A stretch of 64,000 nt of DNA from Lingula anatina (lineage: Eukaryota > Animalia > Brachiopoda), in NCBI GenBank assembly GCA_051362555.1, contig CM120645.1, positions 10,664,001 to 10,728,000 of the forward strand. The letters are read 5' to 3'. Below the pieces are notes generated by a model. That model saw nothing but the letters and a program-made list of their open reading frames with translations. It had not been told where the DNA came from and made no database searches. The translations under genes were made by a program, and so were the position numbers. Shown one piece after another: positions 61,051 through 64,000 of this stretch. How positions within the stretch are numbered: position 1 is the stretch's first letter; the number at the start of each line of letters is the position of its first letter.

Positions 61051-63278
61051 AAAGAAAGGTTCGTTGAAAAAATATTTATTTATTTATTTATTACATTAAA
61101 ATACAAAATAAACTGTGCCATCTGTTTTTTTTTCTTTTTTCATGCAAGGCAAAGTATTCCGTGGAGATCTGGCCCGTACCAGAGCAACTAACCGTAGAGA
61201 TCGAGGTATGCGCTGTCTTCTCGTCTGCCCTGCGATGTTCAGTGATAGAATATAGGACAGAGAAGAAGAAGAGCGGTAGGTAATTTTGATAAGCCGTGCA
61301 GCTGAATAATATTCTAATATTAAAAGTCTTTTCAAAATTAAAACTTATAGATCTTTCTACCAGAAAATATTATGACAATCAGAATGTGCCATAGGCCTAG
61401 TCCCATTCAGGCCTTCTATTTTTATAGTTATTAAAGAAAGAATCAGGGTGAAGTCCTATTTAATGCTGAAGATCTGATGATCAGGTATGCTAGTGCAGAT
61501 CTGTGCGTTACTGAATTCACGTTTTAAGCAATGTAGACATTCGATCAGTAATACAGCCTCTATAGTGCAATGTCCTACAGATTAACATTTCTTTCAAAAC
61601 TTGCGAAATGCGTGTTAGTGATCAAGACCTGGAAATTGAAAGGGGTCGCTATACATCACCAAAAATCATAAGTGCCCCCACCGCTCTGAAATTGAAACAG
61701 AAACTCTTTCCGTACTGAAATGTAAGGAGCAAAACGACAGAATGAAGTAGATTAATGATAGTACGTGAGCAGAGAATGGACCCTGAAAAACTTAACTGGA
61801 TGCTCTGTCCAAAAGTTTAATCATGCTTAAGAGCCATACATTTAAACATAACTGTAAGCATTGAGAAACGATATACATGTACCCATTACTTACAATAGTC
61901 TTATTATCCTAGTCTATTTCTCAGTCCTCATGCCTATTTTGTTAACTATGCATTTTGTATAAACAAATATACAGAGTAGAGAACCTATAAAATGTAATTT
62001 GTATATAATTTGTACACATTTAAGTGCTCAGTAACGTATTATTACTAATGCATTAGTTCCCAGCGCGGAGTGGACCACCCCCATCACACACAAGATTGTG
62101 CCCAGTCACAACAAACACAACGTGCTCGTCAGCTTCAGGAAGGCGCCACACGCATTTGCGGCGTACAATGTCAGCCTTTTAAGGGCGGAAGACCGAGATT
62201 TTGAGATTGTCTCTACTGTGTTTGTGCCGTCTGTAAGTAACTGATGTAAATGACTTTGATTGCAAGATATTCTGATATTTCTCATTTGGATATTTTTACA
62301 GTTTAGATGATGTTGTTATGAACCTTCCACTGTGGCCTGCTGCGCCTGTATTCCTTTTGATATAAATTAGTTGTAATATTTATTATTTTTAGACATCAGA
62401 AAAAATCGAAGTTAACTTCAAAAGAAATTGCCCCGGCCGATACAAGATATGGGTAAGAAAAACCGACTTATTGTGTATTGTTATTAATTTTTTCACATAT
62501 TATGTGTCTGTTGATTAGCCCAATATGACTCTTACATTTACACCAGTGCTAAGTATTCTCCTTATATATTAATGATCGCCAATATTTAAAACAAGCAAAT
62601 CATTACGATAGTCTTTATTCCCAATAATTCAGTTCTATGTTGTCAACTTTTTTATCATTGGCCATTATTTTTCCTTATATCTAAATATTTATTCATCCAT
62701 TTTCGTATATGCTATTCTTAATTGTTTAGATTTTTTGATTGGATGACAGTCATCACTTCCGAGTGTTTAGATATTAAAATCGCTATACTTCTGTTAGCTA
62801 AATACCTATTCAGATAAAACAGATTTAGCAAAAGAACTGTGCAGAGAAAAGGTAGGAAAAAAGAGTGATTATTTTTTCGTATAGCGAGAAATAAAAGGTA
62901 TCAAAGGTTCCAGAAATAAGTAGTGAAGTAATGTACAGTAAACCAGAAAGCCACCGTTTCAAATGGAAACGTGTAATAGCAACTCTTCAGAAGATGTGAA
63001 AAAGGGAACACACAGGATTGGGCTATATTTGCTCACAAAAATTCTAAGTGAAATAAAAATAGGTGATTATACGAAACCAGCCTTCGCTGCGTTGCTAAAG
63101 TGAAAAAGGGCCTATGTGTCTCCTTTTTAATTTCTATCATATATGTCCGATTTCCCTTTCAACCCTCAGGTAGAACCTATGGGCACAGGGCCCGGGGTTC
63201 GGTGCGCATGCGTTAACAGATACGGCGGCTGCGAAACCCACTGTACCACATCAGCAACAGAGGTCTTCACAATAAAAG
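56697..63278 (+). CDS. 5' part of a secreted/membrane receptor, probably IL-17-receptor-like ectodomain; continues past the window
   Basis: Phase-compatible exons 56697-56807 (signal peptide), 57182-57218, 59403-59564, 60821-60951, 61149-61275, 62057-62232, 62393-62452, 63170-63278. Last three give SAEWTT..VLVSFRKAP..FAAYNVSL..VNF..PGRYKIWVEP..CAC..GGCETHCTTSATEVF, resembling invertebrate IL17R FN3/Ig-like repeats. SEFIR domain not in window. Confidence 0.7.
58798..59085. mobile_element. hAT-like MITE
   Basis: Imperfect TIR CAGGGGCGGAT / ATCCGTCACTG with G-rich and C-rich subterminal runs. Confidence 0.55.
59685..59729 (-). pseudogene. Truncated degenerate copy of the 3' half of tRNA-Ile
   Basis: tggcccgattggagctc..ccaggacattcgcgtttttagcacg aligns to 60505-60550; D arm missing, T loop and anticodon damaged. 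Confidence 0.75.
60505..60578 (-). tRNA. tRNA-Ile(AAT): tRNA-Ile, anticodon AAT
   Basis: GGCCCGA acceptor stem pairs with TCGGGCC; A box TAGCTCAGTCGG; anticodon loop CT-AAT-AA; B box GGTTCGAGCCC; downstream TTTT terminator. Confidence 0.96.
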
Positions 63279-63607
63279 GTAAAAAAATAACACGTGTAAC
63301 ATGCATGCGAATGCTTGTGTGGGGGTTCTTTCTCCCTAGCACACACGTTAGGTTATGCATGCACCCTTAGTCATTTTGTCAAAGTTTTTCTCAGCCACGT
63401 GGATGATATACCAGTGAAACGCAGCGTGAACATTATAAGAGTAAACACTAACGAAAGAAGCTACAGGCAAGAATTTCGTGGAAATAGCATTCAAAGTTTT
63501 TTATTTATCTTATTTTGTTTAGTGAGTTCTAACTGGATATTGAAAAACAAGTATTGCACCAGAGAATTCTGTCTACTGGCACAGGGATACTGATAACCTT
63601 TATCAAA

Positions 63608-63608
<1 letters not shown>

Positions 63609-63658
<50 letters not shown>
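63609..63658. repeat. (TAT)n microsatellite
   Basis: Read directly. Other (CT)n/(GT)n tracts occur at ~2893, 29990, 39015, 43407 and 61009. Confidence 0.95.
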
Positions 63659-64000
63659 GTTCTTTTAAATTATATTTTTTATGTATGTTTATTATTTATT
63701 TATCTATTTATTTATTTATTTTTAGGCCCTTTCTCACCGGAGTGTGATGTAACTAAGCCCACGTTGGCGGCGCCTTAGGGCCAACGGAGTTTAATTTGAA
63801 TCTACACCCAAAGCGAAATGCAGCTTTTGCAGCCAAAATACTCTCGCATGGACTTTTATTTAAAAGATATCCCTACTTTAGTGAAGACTAAGAAAAAGGA
63901 CCAGACAAATATAAGTCGCTATAGACAAAAGAGTCTTCACAAGTCTAAGAAAAAGGAGTTCATGATCACACTGTGGTCGTCTTGCGTTATCGTAAATCGT

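Noticed and set aside
61428-61731. Extra receptor exons at 61428-61484 and 61581-61731
   Set aside because: Splice-like ends, but stops occur in the required frames, and 61275 joins 62057 in phase without them.

Overview
AT-rich, intron-containing animal genomic DNA, probably from a lophotrochozoan invertebrate such as a mollusc (inferred from gene content). It is not prokaryotic, and most entries in the ORF track are spurious. Manual splice reconstruction gives five protein genes and one tRNA. (1) A minus-strand type-I membrane protein (1891-13165): signal peptide, four CUB domains from a recent ~2.6 kb two-exon tandem duplication, a Ser/Thr/Pro stalk, a TM helix and a short tail. (2) IMMP2L on the minus strand, five coding exons over 15466-54042, largely missed by the ORF track. 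(3) An intronless TMEM45 gene nested in an IMMP2L intron on the same strand. (4) An LRRN/NLRR-type LRR-Ig-FN3-TM gene nested antisense in the 33 kb IMMP2L intron, the same arrangement as human LRRN3 in IMMP2L. (5) The 5' part of a probable IL-17-receptor-like gene on the plus strand, head-to-head with IMMP2L, with tRNA-Ile(AAT) in one intron. Many MITEs and microsatellites are present. I see no wholly new system. The best leads are the ancient IMMP2L/LRRN nesting with a second nested gene, the CUB array with lost splice acceptors and variable ligand loops, and the tandemly amplified splice donor at the start of the giant IMMP2L intron.
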